Assembly: GCA_963678785.1 (NCBI GenBank)
Contig: OY787449.1
Location: 768,704 to 832,703, forward strand
Reading direction: 5' to 3'
DNA from: Bacteroidales bacterium
GTDB taxonomy: Bacteria; Bacteroidota; Bacteroidia; Bacteroidales; GCA-2711565
DNA: 64,000 nucleotides
Of this stretch, positions 9,401 through 18,406 are shown one piece after another. Every line of letters begins with the position of its first letter. The first letter of the stretch is position 1. Below the pieces are notes generated by a model that had not been told where the DNA came from, made no database searches, and was given only the letters and a program-made list of their open reading frames with translations. The position numbers were made by a program, and so were the translations under genes.

Positions 9401-9588
9401 GTTAAGCGGTAAGCCGTACCTCCTGTAGCATTGATTTTCCATAAATCGTTTTCATATACAAAAACGATATTGGATGCATCAGGAGAGATGGTTGGATTTG
9501 AAATAAAGAATGGACCATCATTCGCGGCATAAACACCATTAAAAACAAGAATAATCCAACTCAACAAGAATAAAGTTCTTTTTTTCAT
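6475..9588 (-). CDS. Tricorn-like protease (beta-propeller/TolB-like repeats + PDZ + S41 peptidase domain)
   Basis: 1037-aa ORF with signal peptide. Repeated PRFSPDGK/SWSPDGKYLYF propeller motifs. C-terminal S41 core (LDLRYNRGG, LINEHSLSDAEMTA). Confidence 0.85.
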   Translation of the reverse strand: MKKRTLFLLSWIILVFNGVYAANDGPFFISNPTISPDASNIVFVYENDLWKINATGGTAYRLTAFEGVESNPRFSPDGKWLAFSSTQNGNADVYVMPWEGGDIKQLTVHDGNDIVESWSWDSKSIYFTSNRYNTFTSFEVAVDGGTPTRMFGDNYFNMPHHLVKDPVSNGFYFTESWESFMFPNRKRYKGDHNPDIKYFDPKAGDFKMLTEYIGKDFWPTVDRNGKLYFVSDDYNEQYNLYTFVNGTKKQLTRFKSSMNRPQVSANGDKIVFSKDYQLFVYDVKSNKTIQPQINLFEADVLNTVKNYEVKGKISFFDISSDNKKIAFVSRGRLFVSDIKGKFIKEMNTNPAERVREVKWMKDNQSLIYTRTQEGWANLYTIDASSTAGAEKKLSSGNATIRELELNHAKTQAVYISGTRHIKMIDLKTFKIENWIDDEFWFRGEGPRFSPNDEYLSYTAYRNFERDIFVFNIKAKKSINLTNNGVAEDDPSWSPDGKYLYFTADRFSTGFPRGTENNWMYRIPLYRFAKDFKLDKYDDLFKAENKKDSLKPEIIIDTKNITQRWERLFVRGGEQYAPFVLDQKGKTIVLFQSNHDKGVNGLWKMTIDPFDRPKTDKIVNGRIAHIVKAKDKVYALVSGSIHALNLVQNKSSKIDVSHQFSKMLNQEFVQMYYENWAALDENFYDGDFHGADWANVLKRNEKFFPHIKSRSDLRLLLNDMLGELNGSHLSFRSNGEEEKTFYRVANAETGIVFDENNPFVVSRILDKSPLDLTETLVKKGDKLLKVNGVEVNEKLNRSSYFSFAKLPTELSLTFVRNKQEFVVNIHPISSRAMNTLLYDEWIANNQKRVDSKTSNKVAYAYMKDMGTGSLSDFMIDMTTESVHRDALILDLRYNRGGNVHDAVLQFLSQSPYLMWKQRHGKMSPQPNFAPSGKPIVLLINEHSLSDAEMTAAGFRNLNLGTIIGTETYRWIIFTSAWPLVDGSYTRLPTWGCFNLNGEDLEKTGVKPDIYIENTFKDRINGDDPQLDKAINFILEKLK

Positions 9589-9767
9589 AATTTTTTTTTG
9601 AATGTGTTATTACAAGATTTTTTGTAAGTAAAATTCAGGATTTAACTAAAATTTTTTTGTATTTTTAGAATTATAAATTTACAAAAAGCTGGATACTAAT
9701 GGCTTTTATCGCCACTTTGTTCATAATTCAGAAAAAACACCAACATAAATAATTAGAATTACAAACT

Positions 9768-9784
9768 GAATTAATTATAAATTC
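9768..9784. promoter_or_regulatory. Imperfect AT-rich inverted repeat (Fur/PerR-box-like) upstream of rubrerythrin
   Basis: GAATTAATTATAAATTC: 7 of 8 arm positions are complementary. It sits 70 nt upstream of the rbr ATG. The AT-rich context makes chance occurrence plausible. Confidence 0.2.
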
Positions 9785-9853
9785 CATATTTTTAATATTC
9801 ATCATCATTATTTATAAGAATACATTAACCGATTAAAATTTAAATAAAAAACC

Positions 9854-10429
9854 ATGAAAAGTATCAAAGGAACCCAAACCGAGCAAAATTTATTGAAAGC
9901 TTTTGCAGGAGAATCTCAAGCCCATATGCGCTATAACTATTTTGCCAAACAGGCAAAGAAAGAAGGATTAGTTCAAATTTCAGCCATTTTTGAAGAAACC
10001 GCAATCAATGAAACAGCTCACGCCAAGCGCTTTTTTAGGTTTCTAGAGGGAGGCATGGTAGAAATTACTGCAGCCTACCCAGCCGGGGTTATTGGAACCA
10101 CCATGGAAAATTTAAAAGATGCAGCTGATGGTGAAAATGAAGAATGGACTGAATTATACCCAGCTTTCGCTAAAACTGCTGAAGAAGAAGGATTTAAAGA
10201 AGTAGCTACCGCTTTCAAAATGATTGCAAAAGTGGAAAAAGCCCACGAAGCCAGATATCGTCAACTTTATAACAATTTGGAAGAAGGAAAAGTTTTTGAA
10301 AGAGAAGAAGTTTATGTATGGAAATGCCGAAATTGCGGTTTCTTACATGAAAGTAAAAAAGCCTTAAAAACATGCCCTGCTTGTTTACACCCCCAAGCTT
10401 ATTTTGAAATAGAAGCAGCAAACTTCTAG
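9854..10429 (+). CDS. rbr: Rubrerythrin
   Basis: 191 aa. Ferritin-like di-iron domain (two ExxH motifs, ETAHAKRF and EKAHEARY) plus a C-terminal rubredoxin-like CRNCG...CPAC. Confidence 0.9.
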   Translation: MKSIKGTQTEQNLLKAFAGESQAHMRYNYFAKQAKKEGLVQISAIFEETAINETAHAKRFFRFLEGGMVEITAAYPAGVIGTTMENLKDAADGENEEWTELYPAFAKTAEEEGFKEVATAFKMIAKVEKAHEARYRQLYNNLEEGKVFEREEVYVWKCRNCGFLHESKKALKTCPACLHPQAYFEIEAANF

Positions 10430-10560
10430 ACGAATCATAAACATATAGCTATTCTTTTTCTCTTCCTCATTTGAAAGTTTTAGAATAGCTTATCGACAGA
10501 ATATCTGTTATTTACAATCAAAAATATTACTTTCGCATCTAATAATAAATTATCAACAGT

Positions 10561-12597
10561 ATGAAAAAATATAAAATTTACCTGCTGTCGTTTAGCATAT
10601 TGGCAGTAATATTGGGAGGCTGTGCTCCCAAAAAAACAAACACAGCCATCGATGTTAACAACATGGATTTAAGTGTAAAACCAGGTGACGACTTTTTCCG
10701 TTACGTGAATGGTAATTACCTAAAAACATTGGAAATTCCTGACGACAAAACCAGTTATAATGTTTTCAATATTTTAAGAGAAAATGCCGATCGGGACATC
10801 AATAATATTCTGAAAGAAGTTTCAAACATTGAAGGTGCCGAAAAAGGAAGTGCTGCTCAGCAAATCAGCGACTTCTATTATACCGGAATGAACATTGAAG
10901 AGATCAATAAAGTTGGCATCAAAGCCCTGGATAAAGAGTTTAAAATGATTGATGACATTGAAACTTTAGGTCAGTTTCAGGACATGGTCGCTTATATGCA
11001 TCTTAACGGATTGGATCCATTTTTTGGTGGCAGTGTAATGCAGGATTTGGCCGATAATACCAAACTCAAATATTACCTGGGACAATCAGGAACAGGATTA
11101 CCTGATGTTGAGTATTATTATAAAGAAGATGATCGATCCAAAGAAATCAGAACCGAATATGTGAAATACATTTCAAAAATGCTTGGTTTTACTGGCGAAG
11201 ACGGACCTCAGGCTTCAAAATGGGCAAAAACCATCATGAGAATTGAGACTTTTATGGCCAAGAATGCCAAAACCCGTTTGGAAATGAGAAACATTCCTGG
11301 CCTCTATAACCTGATGAGCATAGACTCTGTACAAACCCTCATCCCTGACTTTGACATGGAGCGTTATTTTTCAAAAATAAGCGATCAGGATTTTGGAGAT
11401 TTAGTGGTTACAGATCCAAAATACTTCAGTGCTCTTGGAAACTTAATGGCCCAAAACAAACTTGAAGATTTAAAAATCTATTTGAAATGGAATTTATTGA
11501 ATCGTTCGGCTAACTTCTTAAGTGATGCCATTGTTAATCAAAGATTTCAGTTTTATGCAGCCTTTTTATCTGGAAGCAAACAAATTCAGGATCGATGGAA
11601 AAGGGTTACTCAAATGACCAATGCCATGATGGGCGAACAATTGGGTCAATTGTATGTTGAAAAACATTTTCCTCCATCATCCAAAGAAAAAATGTCGGCT
11701 TTGGTAGCGAACCTAAAAGTTGCACTAAAACATCGTTTGGAAACCTTAACCTGGATGAGTGAAGAAACCAGAGCTTCTGCATTGGAAAAATTAGCAAACA
11801 TGCGCGTTAAAATTGGTTATCCCGATAAATGGGACGACTATACTGCATTGGTTATTGAACGAGATTCATATTTAGAAAATGTAAGACGGGTAAGTTATTT
11901 TGAAACCCAAAAGAACCTGAAGAAATTCAACGAACCCATTGACCCTGATGAATGGCCAATGACGCCTCAAACCGTAAATGCAGGTTATAGTCCACTGAAG
12001 AATGACATCACTTTCCCGGCTGGAATTTTGCAGCCACCTTATTTTAATCCGGATGCTGATGATGCTGTTAATTATGGCGCAATCGGTGTTGTTATCGGAC
12101 ATGAAATGACCCATGGTTTCGATGATCAAGGACGTAATTTCAATAAAGATGGGGTAATGACCAATTGGTGGACCGAGGAAGACTCGAAGGAATTTACCGA
12201 ACGTGCTCAATTACTAATTGACCAATACGGAGCATTTAAAGTGAATGAAGAAGTAAATATTGACGGGCATCTGAGTTTGGGTGAAAACATAGCCGACTTT
12301 GGAGGTTTAACCATTTCTTTGGAAGCTTACCATAACAGTATGGAAGGCAAAAACACACCTGCAGATATTGATGGTTTTAACCATATGCAGCGCTTTTTTA
12401 TCAGCTACGGACAAATTTGGAGAGGAAAAATCAGAGAGAAAGCATTGATTCGAAAAGTGAAAGAAGATGTTCACCCATGGGGAGAATATCGTGTAAACGG
12501 GGCACCTTTTAATGTTCCTGAATTTTACGAAACTTTTGATATCAATCCTAAAGACGAACTATACAGAACCATTGAACAAAGACCAGTTATCTGGTAA
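10561..12597 (+). CDS. M13 family metalloendopeptidase (PepO/neprilysin-like), lipoprotein/secreted
   Basis: 678 aa. N-terminal signal with GGC lipobox. VIGHEMTHGFD (HExxH), GENIADFGG, C-terminal PVIW. Confidence 0.9.
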   Translation: MKKYKIYLLSFSILAVILGGCAPKKTNTAIDVNNMDLSVKPGDDFFRYVNGNYLKTLEIPDDKTSYNVFNILRENADRDINNILKEVSNIEGAEKGSAAQQISDFYYTGMNIEEINKVGIKALDKEFKMIDDIETLGQFQDMVAYMHLNGLDPFFGGSVMQDLADNTKLKYYLGQSGTGLPDVEYYYKEDDRSKEIRTEYVKYISKMLGFTGEDGPQASKWAKTIMRIETFMAKNAKTRLEMRNIPGLYNLMSIDSVQTLIPDFDMERYFSKISDQDFGDLVVTDPKYFSALGNLMAQNKLEDLKIYLKWNLLNRSANFLSDAIVNQRFQFYAAFLSGSKQIQDRWKRVTQMTNAMMGEQLGQLYVEKHFPPSSKEKMSALVANLKVALKHRLETLTWMSEETRASALEKLANMRVKIGYPDKWDDYTALVIERDSYLENVRRVSYFETQKNLKKFNEPIDPDEWPMTPQTVNAGYSPLKNDITFPAGILQPPYFNPDADDAVNYGAIGVVIGHEMTHGFDDQGRNFNKDGVMTNWWTEEDSKEFTERAQLLIDQYGAFKVNEEVNIDGHLSLGENIADFGGLTISLEAYHNSMEGKNTPADIDGFNHMQRFFISYGQIWRGKIREKALIRKVKEDVHPWGEYRVNGAPFNVPEFYETFDINPKDELYRTIEQRPVIW

Positions 12598-12640
12598 TCG
12601 TATTTAGGATTGACACCCTTCAGGCTGTCACCCCTAAAAT

Positions 12641-12684
12641 AAAAAAAGGACGTTGTTCCCTTTCGGGGATGCCGTCCTTTTTTT
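12641..12684 (+). terminator. Intrinsic terminator (A-tract/GGACG...CGTCC hairpin/T-tract)
   Basis: aaaaaGGACGttgttccctttcggggatgcCGTCCttttttt, 44 nt after the M13 stop. Close sequence relative at 14394-14430. Confidence 0.65.
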
Positions 12685-12720
12685 ATTAACTTTAAGCTCC
12701 AAACTAAACCCTTACTCACT

Positions 12721-13296
12721 ATGAAAAAGTTATTTCTGATACTAACAATACTTATAAGCAGCCAAATTTTTGCACAGGAGCAAGAGGCTAAAACAGCACT
12801 CATCATCATCGACATCCAGGAATTTTACTATCCCGGAGGATTCTCCGAATTATATCAACCTGAAGCAGCAGGAAAAAATGCACAAAAAGTGTTGCATCAA
12901 TTCAGGAAAAACAATGATCTGGTCGTTCATATACGCCACAATGCCAAAGAGGGTGCAGACATTCATAAAGATGTAGCACCATTGTCGGGAGAGAAAGTGA
13001 TTAGCAAAAACCAGGTAAATAGTTTTCGCGATACCGACTTACTTGAATATTTGCAAAAGCATAAAATCACAGATTTGGTTTTGGTTGGAATGCAAACGCA
13101 TATGTGTTTAGAGGCAGCAACCCGGGCTGGAGCCGATTTTGGATTTAGATGCACGGTCATTGAAGATGCCTGCACCACCAAAGATTTGAAATTTGGAGAT
13201 CATATTATAAAAGCCATGGATGTTCATTATTCCACACTTTCAACCTTAAAAAGTTATGCAAAAGTTACTGATGTAGAAACTTATCTAAAAAAATAA
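12721..13296 (+). CDS. Isochorismatase-family cysteine hydrolase with N-terminal signal peptide
   Basis: 191 aa. MKKLFLILTILISSQIFAQ signal. ALIIIDIQ (Asp), the conserved Lys region, and VGMQTHMCLEAT (catalytic Cys). Confidence 0.8.
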   Translation: MKKLFLILTILISSQIFAQEQEAKTALIIIDIQEFYYPGGFSELYQPEAAGKNAQKVLHQFRKNNDLVVHIRHNAKEGADIHKDVAPLSGEKVISKNQVNSFRDTDLLEYLQKHKITDLVLVGMQTHMCLEAATRAGADFGFRCTVIEDACTTKDLKFGDHIIKAMDVHYSTLSTLKSYAKVTDVETYLKK

Positions 13297-13297
13297 A

Positions 13298-14251
13298 ATG
13301 AATAAAGATTTATTAAAAATTGGATTGGCACAAATCGCACCCGTTTGGCTCAATCGGGAAAAAACTACTGAAAAAGTTATTGAATACATTAAAAAAGCAG
13401 CGGCAGAAAAATGTGAGCTTGTCACTTTTAGCGAAGCCATACTTCCGGGTTATCCTTTCTGGATTGAGCGAACCAATGGCGCTGAATTTAATTCAAAAAC
13501 CCAAAAAGAACTCTACGCAAATTACCTCGATCAAGCCGTACAAATTGAGTCGGGTGACTTAAACCCGATTTGTGAAGCAGCCAAAGACCATCAAATTGCG
13601 GTTATTGTAGGAATTATGGAAAGGGCTGAAAATCGTGGAGGGCACAGCGTTTATGCTTCTTTGGTTTATATTGATCAACAAGGTGAAATAAAAAGTGTTC
13701 ACCGCAAAATGATGCCTACTTACGAAGAAAGATTATGCTGGGCCCCCGGTGATGGTCATGGATTGCAAACCCATAAATTGGGGAATTTCACAGTTGGCGG
13801 ACTCAATTGCTGGGAAAACTGGATGCCTTTATCAAGAACTGCGCTGTATGCACAAGGTGAAGATTTGCATGTGGCCATTTGGCCCGGTGGGTTGCACAAC
13901 ACCCACGATTTGACAAAGTTTATCGCCAAAGAAGGCCGTTCATTTGTGATTTCTGTTTCCGGAATTATGCGAAAATCAGATATCACAGATGAGGTGCCTC
14001 ATGCTGAACAAATCAGAAAAAACAGCAATAATTTTCTGGCCAATGGCGGAAGTTGCATTTCCGGCCCGGATGGAGAATGGGTAATTGAACCTCAACTTGA
14101 AAAAGAAGGTCTATTCACAGCCATCATTGATCATCAGAAAGTTCGGGAAGAACGACAGAATTTTGACCCTGTGGGGCATTATTCACGTCCGGATGTAACC
14201 AGATTGGTGGTGAACAGAAAACGACAATCCATCATTGATTTTGAGGATTAA
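13298..14251 (+). CDS. Nitrilase (carbon-nitrogen hydrolase, branch 1), paralogue 1
   Basis: 317 aa. Glu-Lys-Cys triad contexts FSEA, HRKMMP and GGLNCWENWMP. The start is 1 nt after the preceding stop. Confidence 0.85.
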   Translation: MNKDLLKIGLAQIAPVWLNREKTTEKVIEYIKKAAAEKCELVTFSEAILPGYPFWIERTNGAEFNSKTQKELYANYLDQAVQIESGDLNPICEAAKDHQIAVIVGIMERAENRGGHSVYASLVYIDQQGEIKSVHRKMMPTYEERLCWAPGDGHGLQTHKLGNFTVGGLNCWENWMPLSRTALYAQGEDLHVAIWPGGLHNTHDLTKFIAKEGRSFVISVSGIMRKSDITDEVPHAEQIRKNSNNFLANGGSCISGPDGEWVIEPQLEKEGLFTAIIDHQKVREERQNFDPVGHYSRPDVTRLVVNRKRQSIIDFED

Positions 14252-14289
14252 TCCGTTTACGGATACCACACTTTTTTTTATTTTCTAAT

Positions 14290-14359
14290 CGTCATACTGA
14301 ACTTGTTTCAGTATCTAAAAAATTGATTAAGGGGATTCTGAAATAAATTCAGAATGACG
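14290..14359. repeat. Double-hairpin REP-like intergenic repeat, copy B
   Basis: cgtcATACTGAActtgtTTCAGTATctaaaaaattgattaaggggATTCTGAAataaaTTCAGAATgacg. Confidence 0.75.
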
Positions 14360-14393
14360 TGTGCACGCATAGACAGCCTTATAAGTAGGATTT

Positions 14394-14430
14394 AAGGACG
14401 TTGTCCCCTTTTGAGGACTCCGTCCTTTTT
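14394..14430 (+). terminator. Intrinsic terminator of the GGACG...CGTCC type
   Basis: aaGGACGttgtccccttttgaggactcCGTCCttttt. Near-identical arms to the 12641-12684 hairpin. Confidence 0.6.
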
Positions 14431-14447
14431 AAGTTCTAATAAAAAGA

Positions 14448-15326
14448 TTAGACTCCAAGCCGGAAATAACTGCCGTAAAACAAATACCTGCCCACCACTT
14501 CTTCGATGAGGATTAGAATTGAGATGACTAAAAGGTAAGCTTGAATATCCGCGTAGGTTTGAGAATGTTTTGAGATTTGAAGCATTACATAAAACAGGCC
14601 CAGAAACACCACAATCAGCAAAACAATTCTAACCAAAAACAAGCTCAGAAACACCCCACTGCCGAATTGAATTTGCTCAATTCCGGTATTGCTTAATTTT
14701 GAAATTTGATATTGATGAAAAACGGAGGTCAGGATCATTAAAGTCGAAACGATCATCATTATTCGGATCATTTGAATCATCATTGAATGACTGATTTGTG
14801 AAGGATTTGAGGTTCCCAAAAACAGGAGCATCCCTGCGAATCCGAGCAAGAATACAGAACCCCAAAAGCTAAGCGGCGTATTAAAGCTATTCCAAACGGG
14901 GACAACTGAAATCATATAAATCCCAACCATAGCAAAGATAAAAATAATGCCACTGATCGCGCTTAAAGCAAGCAATATTTGACTTAGCACAGGAGGCCAA
15001 TTTAACAACCTACTCAAAAAATATAAGAGTACGAAAAATCCAAAAACCGACAGTGTTAATATTTCACGACTGATCCATGAACCACCTATATTATTTAATG
15101 AATGATAAGAATGCGCTGGACTTCCTAAATGCAAAAGCGATAAAAGAGTGGCAACCAAAATAAGAATCAAAATAATTATTTCGGGGGATTTAAGACTAAA
15201 ACCTGAATTCAGGTTCGCAAAGACAGATTGATGCATTAAAAAGATAAATCCCAAAGCAAGCACCAAACCAACACTGAGCTGACTCAGCAAGGTAAATGAA
15301 ATCAACGACCATTCTCCATTATGCAT
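14448..15326 (-). CDS. DmsC-like membrane anchor subunit of a DMSO-reductase-family oxidoreductase
   Basis: 292-aa, highly hydrophobic ORF with about 8 predicted TM segments. Overlaps the preceding Fe-S subunit gene by 8 nt. Confidence 0.7.
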   Translation of the reverse strand: MHNGEWSLISFTLLSQLSVGLVLALGFIFLMHQSVFANLNSGFSLKSPEIIILILILVATLLSLLHLGSPAHSYHSLNNIGGSWISREILTLSVFGFFVLLYFLSRLLNWPPVLSQILLALSAISGIIFIFAMVGIYMISVVPVWNSFNTPLSFWGSVFLLGFAGMLLFLGTSNPSQISHSMMIQMIRIMMIVSTLMILTSVFHQYQISKLSNTGIEQIQFGSGVFLSLFLVRIVLLIVVFLGLFYVMLQISKHSQTYADIQAYLLVISILILIEEVVGRYLFYGSYFRLGV

Positions 15327-15942
15327 GTTTTACTTCCTCCATATTTACCACCTCCGGATTCATTTCTTTTGCCATATGAGCATCTTTATGAGGTTCAATA
15401 ACCAAAGATGGTTTTGTAATATTGGGATTTGGCAAAGGATAGATGTGTTCCTTTTCGCCATACTTTGCTACCAAGTCATCATAATCGCCAAAATCCAAAC
15501 TTCGTGTAGGACATGAATCTACACATACCGGGTTTTTCCCCTGATCCACATAATCGGCACACAAATCGCATTTGCCCATCACCCCTCTTTCATCATCATA
15601 TTGAGGAGCTCCGTAAGGGCAAACCCACGAACAATATTTACACCCAATACAGACATCCTGATCAATGGTAACAATTCCATCTTCACGTTTTTGAATGGCT
15701 CCGGTCGGGCAATTTTTCATACATATCGGATCTTCGCAATGATTGCACGAAAGTGAAATATTATAAGCATAAATATGAGGTTCCCATGCTTTACCTTTCT
15801 GCACCCAGTCTCCCCCACTCACTTCATAAACACGTCTCCACAAGCTTCCAACTAAAAGATTATTCTTGTCTTTACAGGCCACCTGACAGGTTTTACATCC
15901 TGAACAATTTCGAGAATCAAAATAAAAGGCTAAGCGTTTCAT
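15319..15942 (-). CDS. DmsB-like 4x[4Fe-4S] electron-transfer subunit
   Basis: 207 aa. Cys clusters CSGCKTCQVACK, CNHCEDPICMKNCP, CIGCKYCSWVCP, CDLC...C...CP. Confidence 0.85.
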   Translation of the reverse strand: MKRLAFYFDSRNCSGCKTCQVACKDKNNLLVGSLWRRVYEVSGGDWVQKGKAWEPHIYAYNISLSCNHCEDPICMKNCPTGAIQKREDGIVTIDQDVCIGCKYCSWVCPYGAPQYDDERGVMGKCDLCADYVDQGKNPVCVDSCPTRSLDFGDYDDLVAKYGEKEHIYPLPNPNITKPSLVIEPHKDAHMAKEMNPEVVNMEEVKHA

Positions 15943-16030
15943 AAATTTTAATATAATCCCTTAAATATTTATCACTTACATTTAATCATTTCCATATTTC
16001 TTTTATTAAAAAGAACATGAATCTTTCATT

Positions 16031-18406
16031 TTATGCTTTATATTTTACAGCTTCCGCCATAATCGTATGTTGTGCATTTCCAAATGCCATCGGAGTCCAA
16101 CGCTCAGACGTTAAAGTATTTACTGAACCTCCCACATCGTTTCCGTTTTTATCAGGCTTCCACCAGGCACCTTGCGGAATGGCAATGACACCGGGCATGA
16201 TTCTTTTTGTTAATCTGCTTTTTAATATCAGTGCCCCTCTTTCATTATATACTTTTACCAAATCACCATTTTTAATCTTCCGTGTTTTGGCATCTATTTC
16301 GTTGATAAAAATTCGTTGCGGAAAAGCCTCACTCAACCAACTGTTATTGTCGTGAGTAGAGTGCACCCTTGGCATATAATGAGGACCAATGACCTGAAGC
16401 GGAAACTGTTCAGCTTCCGAACCAAATGGGCTTTCCCACTCCTGAATGTATTTGGGTACTGCAGGAATTTCAACAGGGTTATTCTTCTCAAAATATTGTT
16501 TCGAAAAAAATTCAATTTTCCCTGATTCAGTCTGTAAAGGATATTTTTCAGGATCTTTTCTAAAATCCCTAAAAGCAATTTTGGGTTCAGTTACAGGCAA
16601 TGAGTAAACACCCACATTGCTTTCTTCCATCTCAGCCAGTGATGGAATATCCGGGAAACGCGTTTCCCGATATCGACCGATTAAATGTTCAATCCATTGC
16701 TTTTCATTTCTCCCTTCGGTGTATGCTTCAGCAATTCCAAGTTTTTCGGCTATGGCAGCACAAATGGCATAATCACTCTTTGTTTCCCAAGGCGTTTCCA
16801 GGATCTGTGGTTGAAGAATTAATTCATCTCCATATTTCCATCCATCCTCCATCCCCCAGGTTTCGAATTGGGTACAAGCAGGAAGAATCAAGTCAGCAAA
16901 TTGAGCCGTTGGTGTCAGAAAGTTATCCTGAACCACAAAAAACTCAACCTTACTTTCATCTTTGATAATTTCAATGGCCCGATTGATGTTTCCATGCTGG
17001 TTAATGATCGCATTAGATGCTACCGCCCAAATCATTTTTATATCGGTGCCCAATTTTTCAACACCGGTCACACCATCTTCAGCACCCATATTTTTTCCAC
17101 GTAGCACAGCTTCCGTCCATAAAAAGGATGGGATTTTTGCTTTCACCGGATTTTTTAAGGTTGGAAATACATTCCAAAACGGGCCTCCATCATCGGCTTG
17201 CAAGGCAATTCCACTGGCCCAACCACCTGAAATTCCAACATTTCCGGTAATCGCCGCCAAAACACAACCACCTCTAACTACTTGCTCGCCATAAGCCCGG
17301 CGTTGCATTCCATAACCCTGATAAAGCATGGCAGGTTTTGCATTTGCATATTCCCGGGCAATCCGGGCAATGGTTTCTTCCGGAATCCCGGTAATTTCTT
17401 CAGCCCAAGCCGGAGTTTTAGGAATTCCGTCTTTCGCTCCCAGTATATATTCTTTATAATTTTCTTCTTTTTCAAGTCCTTCAGGCATTTGATTTTCATC
17501 AAATCCCATGCAGTGAGACGACACAAAACCCTGATCGTACAATTTCTCATTAATCATGACATAAGCCATAGCACTCATCATGGCTACATCGGTACCCGGC
17601 CTGATCGGAATCCATTCATCGGCCAAAGAAACAGCACTCATGGTCATGCGGGGATCGATGCAAACAAGTTTGGCTCCATTCTCTCGTGCTTTCCTTAAAA
17701 AATATTCAGTATTGGTACCATCCCTTAATTCAGCGGGATTCCATCCCCACATCAAAATGTATTTGCAATTCAACCAATCTTGACGCTGATTTCCGGTAAC
17801 CCTTGTTCCATAAACCGTTGGTGTTGCCTGATTGATGCAAGCCCAACTGTATGAATTATAATAGCCCAAGGCACCACCATACATATGCATTAATCGATCG
17901 GCCGGCCATTTACCACATACCTGATTATATCCTCCCGTTCCGTAAGGAATGTATAAGGCTTCATTGCCATAAGCTTCCTTAATGCGATTGATGTTTTCAG
18001 CCATTAAATTGGTGGCCTCATCCCAGCTAATGCGTTCAAATTTTGCTTCGCCTCTTTTACCAACCCTTTTCATAGGGTATTTCAAACGGTCTACATGATC
18101 TTGTCGTGGACGGTAGCCCCTGCCTCGAATACATGCCCTCAGTTGTGGATCCTCAATGGAATCGTTGGGGCGATCGTCGGTTTCAATTCGGGTAATTACA
18201 CCCTCTTTAACATAAACTTTTAAAAGGCATCGGCCACCACAATTATGCGATGGACAACCTACCCTTACCATTTTTTCATCTCCCGAAAAAGTTGAAGCTA
18301 AATCTTTGATCTCTGCAGTAGTCATTAATTTAGCTAATAAAGACTTACCTGCAAGTAAACTCCCAGTGCCCAAAGCACTCATTTTTAGAAACTTTCTTCT
18401 TTCCAC
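16031..18406 (-). CDS. DmsA-like molybdopterin (bis-MGD) catalytic subunit with Tat signal; substrate unknown
   Basis: ORF 16031-18622. Twin-arginine motif ERRKFLKMSALGTGSLLAG. N-terminal Fe-S motif CPSHNCGGRC. MopB/dimethylsulfoxide-reductase-like core. The start is uncertain: GTG 18406, TTG 18412 or ATG 18466 (ATG 18382 would lose the RR motif). Confidence 0.85.
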   Translation of the reverse strand: MERRKFLKMSALGTGSLLAGKSLLAKLMTTAEIKDLASTFSGDEKMVRVGCPSHNCGGRCLLKVYVKEGVITRIETDDRPNDSIEDPQLRACIRGRGYRPRQDHVDRLKYPMKRVGKRGEAKFERISWDEATNLMAENINRIKEAYGNEALYIPYGTGGYNQVCGKWPADRLMHMYGGALGYYNSYSWACINQATPTVYGTRVTGNQRQDWLNCKYILMWGWNPAELRDGTNTEYFLRKARENGAKLVCIDPRMTMSAVSLADEWIPIRPGTDVAMMSAMAYVMINEKLYDQGFVSSHCMGFDENQMPEGLEKEENYKEYILGAKDGIPKTPAWAEEITGIPEETIARIAREYANAKPAMLYQGYGMQRRAYGEQVVRGGCVLAAITGNVGISGGWASGIALQADDGGPFWNVFPTLKNPVKAKIPSFLWTEAVLRGKNMGAEDGVTGVEKLGTDIKMIWAVASNAIINQHGNINRAIEIIKDESKVEFFVVQDNFLTPTAQFADLILPACTQFETWGMEDGWKYGDELILQPQILETPWETKSDYAICAAIAEKLGIAEAYTEGRNEKQWIEHLIGRYRETRFPDIPSLAEMEESNVGVYSLPVTEPKIAFRDFRKDPEKYPLQTESGKIEFFSKQYFEKNNPVEIPAVPKYIQEWESPFGSEAEQFPLQVIGPHYMPRVHSTHDNNSWLSEAFPQRIFINEIDAKTRKIKNGDLVKVYNERGALILKSRLTKRIMPGVIAIPQGAWWKPDKNGNDVGGSVNTLTSERWTPMAFGNAQHTIMAEAVKYKA

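Noticed and set aside
16017-17783. A chain of plus-strand ORFs (61-138 aa) antisense to the dmsA-like gene
   Set aside because: They tile the opposite strand of a long, well-supported minus-strand gene with clear family motifs. Their translations are low-complexity or hydrophobic with no recognisable motifs. These are typical shadow ORFs.
14448-18406. DmsABC-like operon as a possible novel respiratory system
   Set aside because: It has the standard three-subunit architecture (Tat-signal Mo subunit, 4-cluster ferredoxin, membrane anchor) of the DMSO reductase family. The substrate cannot be inferred, but nothing in the organisation is unusual apart from the start-codon ambiguity.
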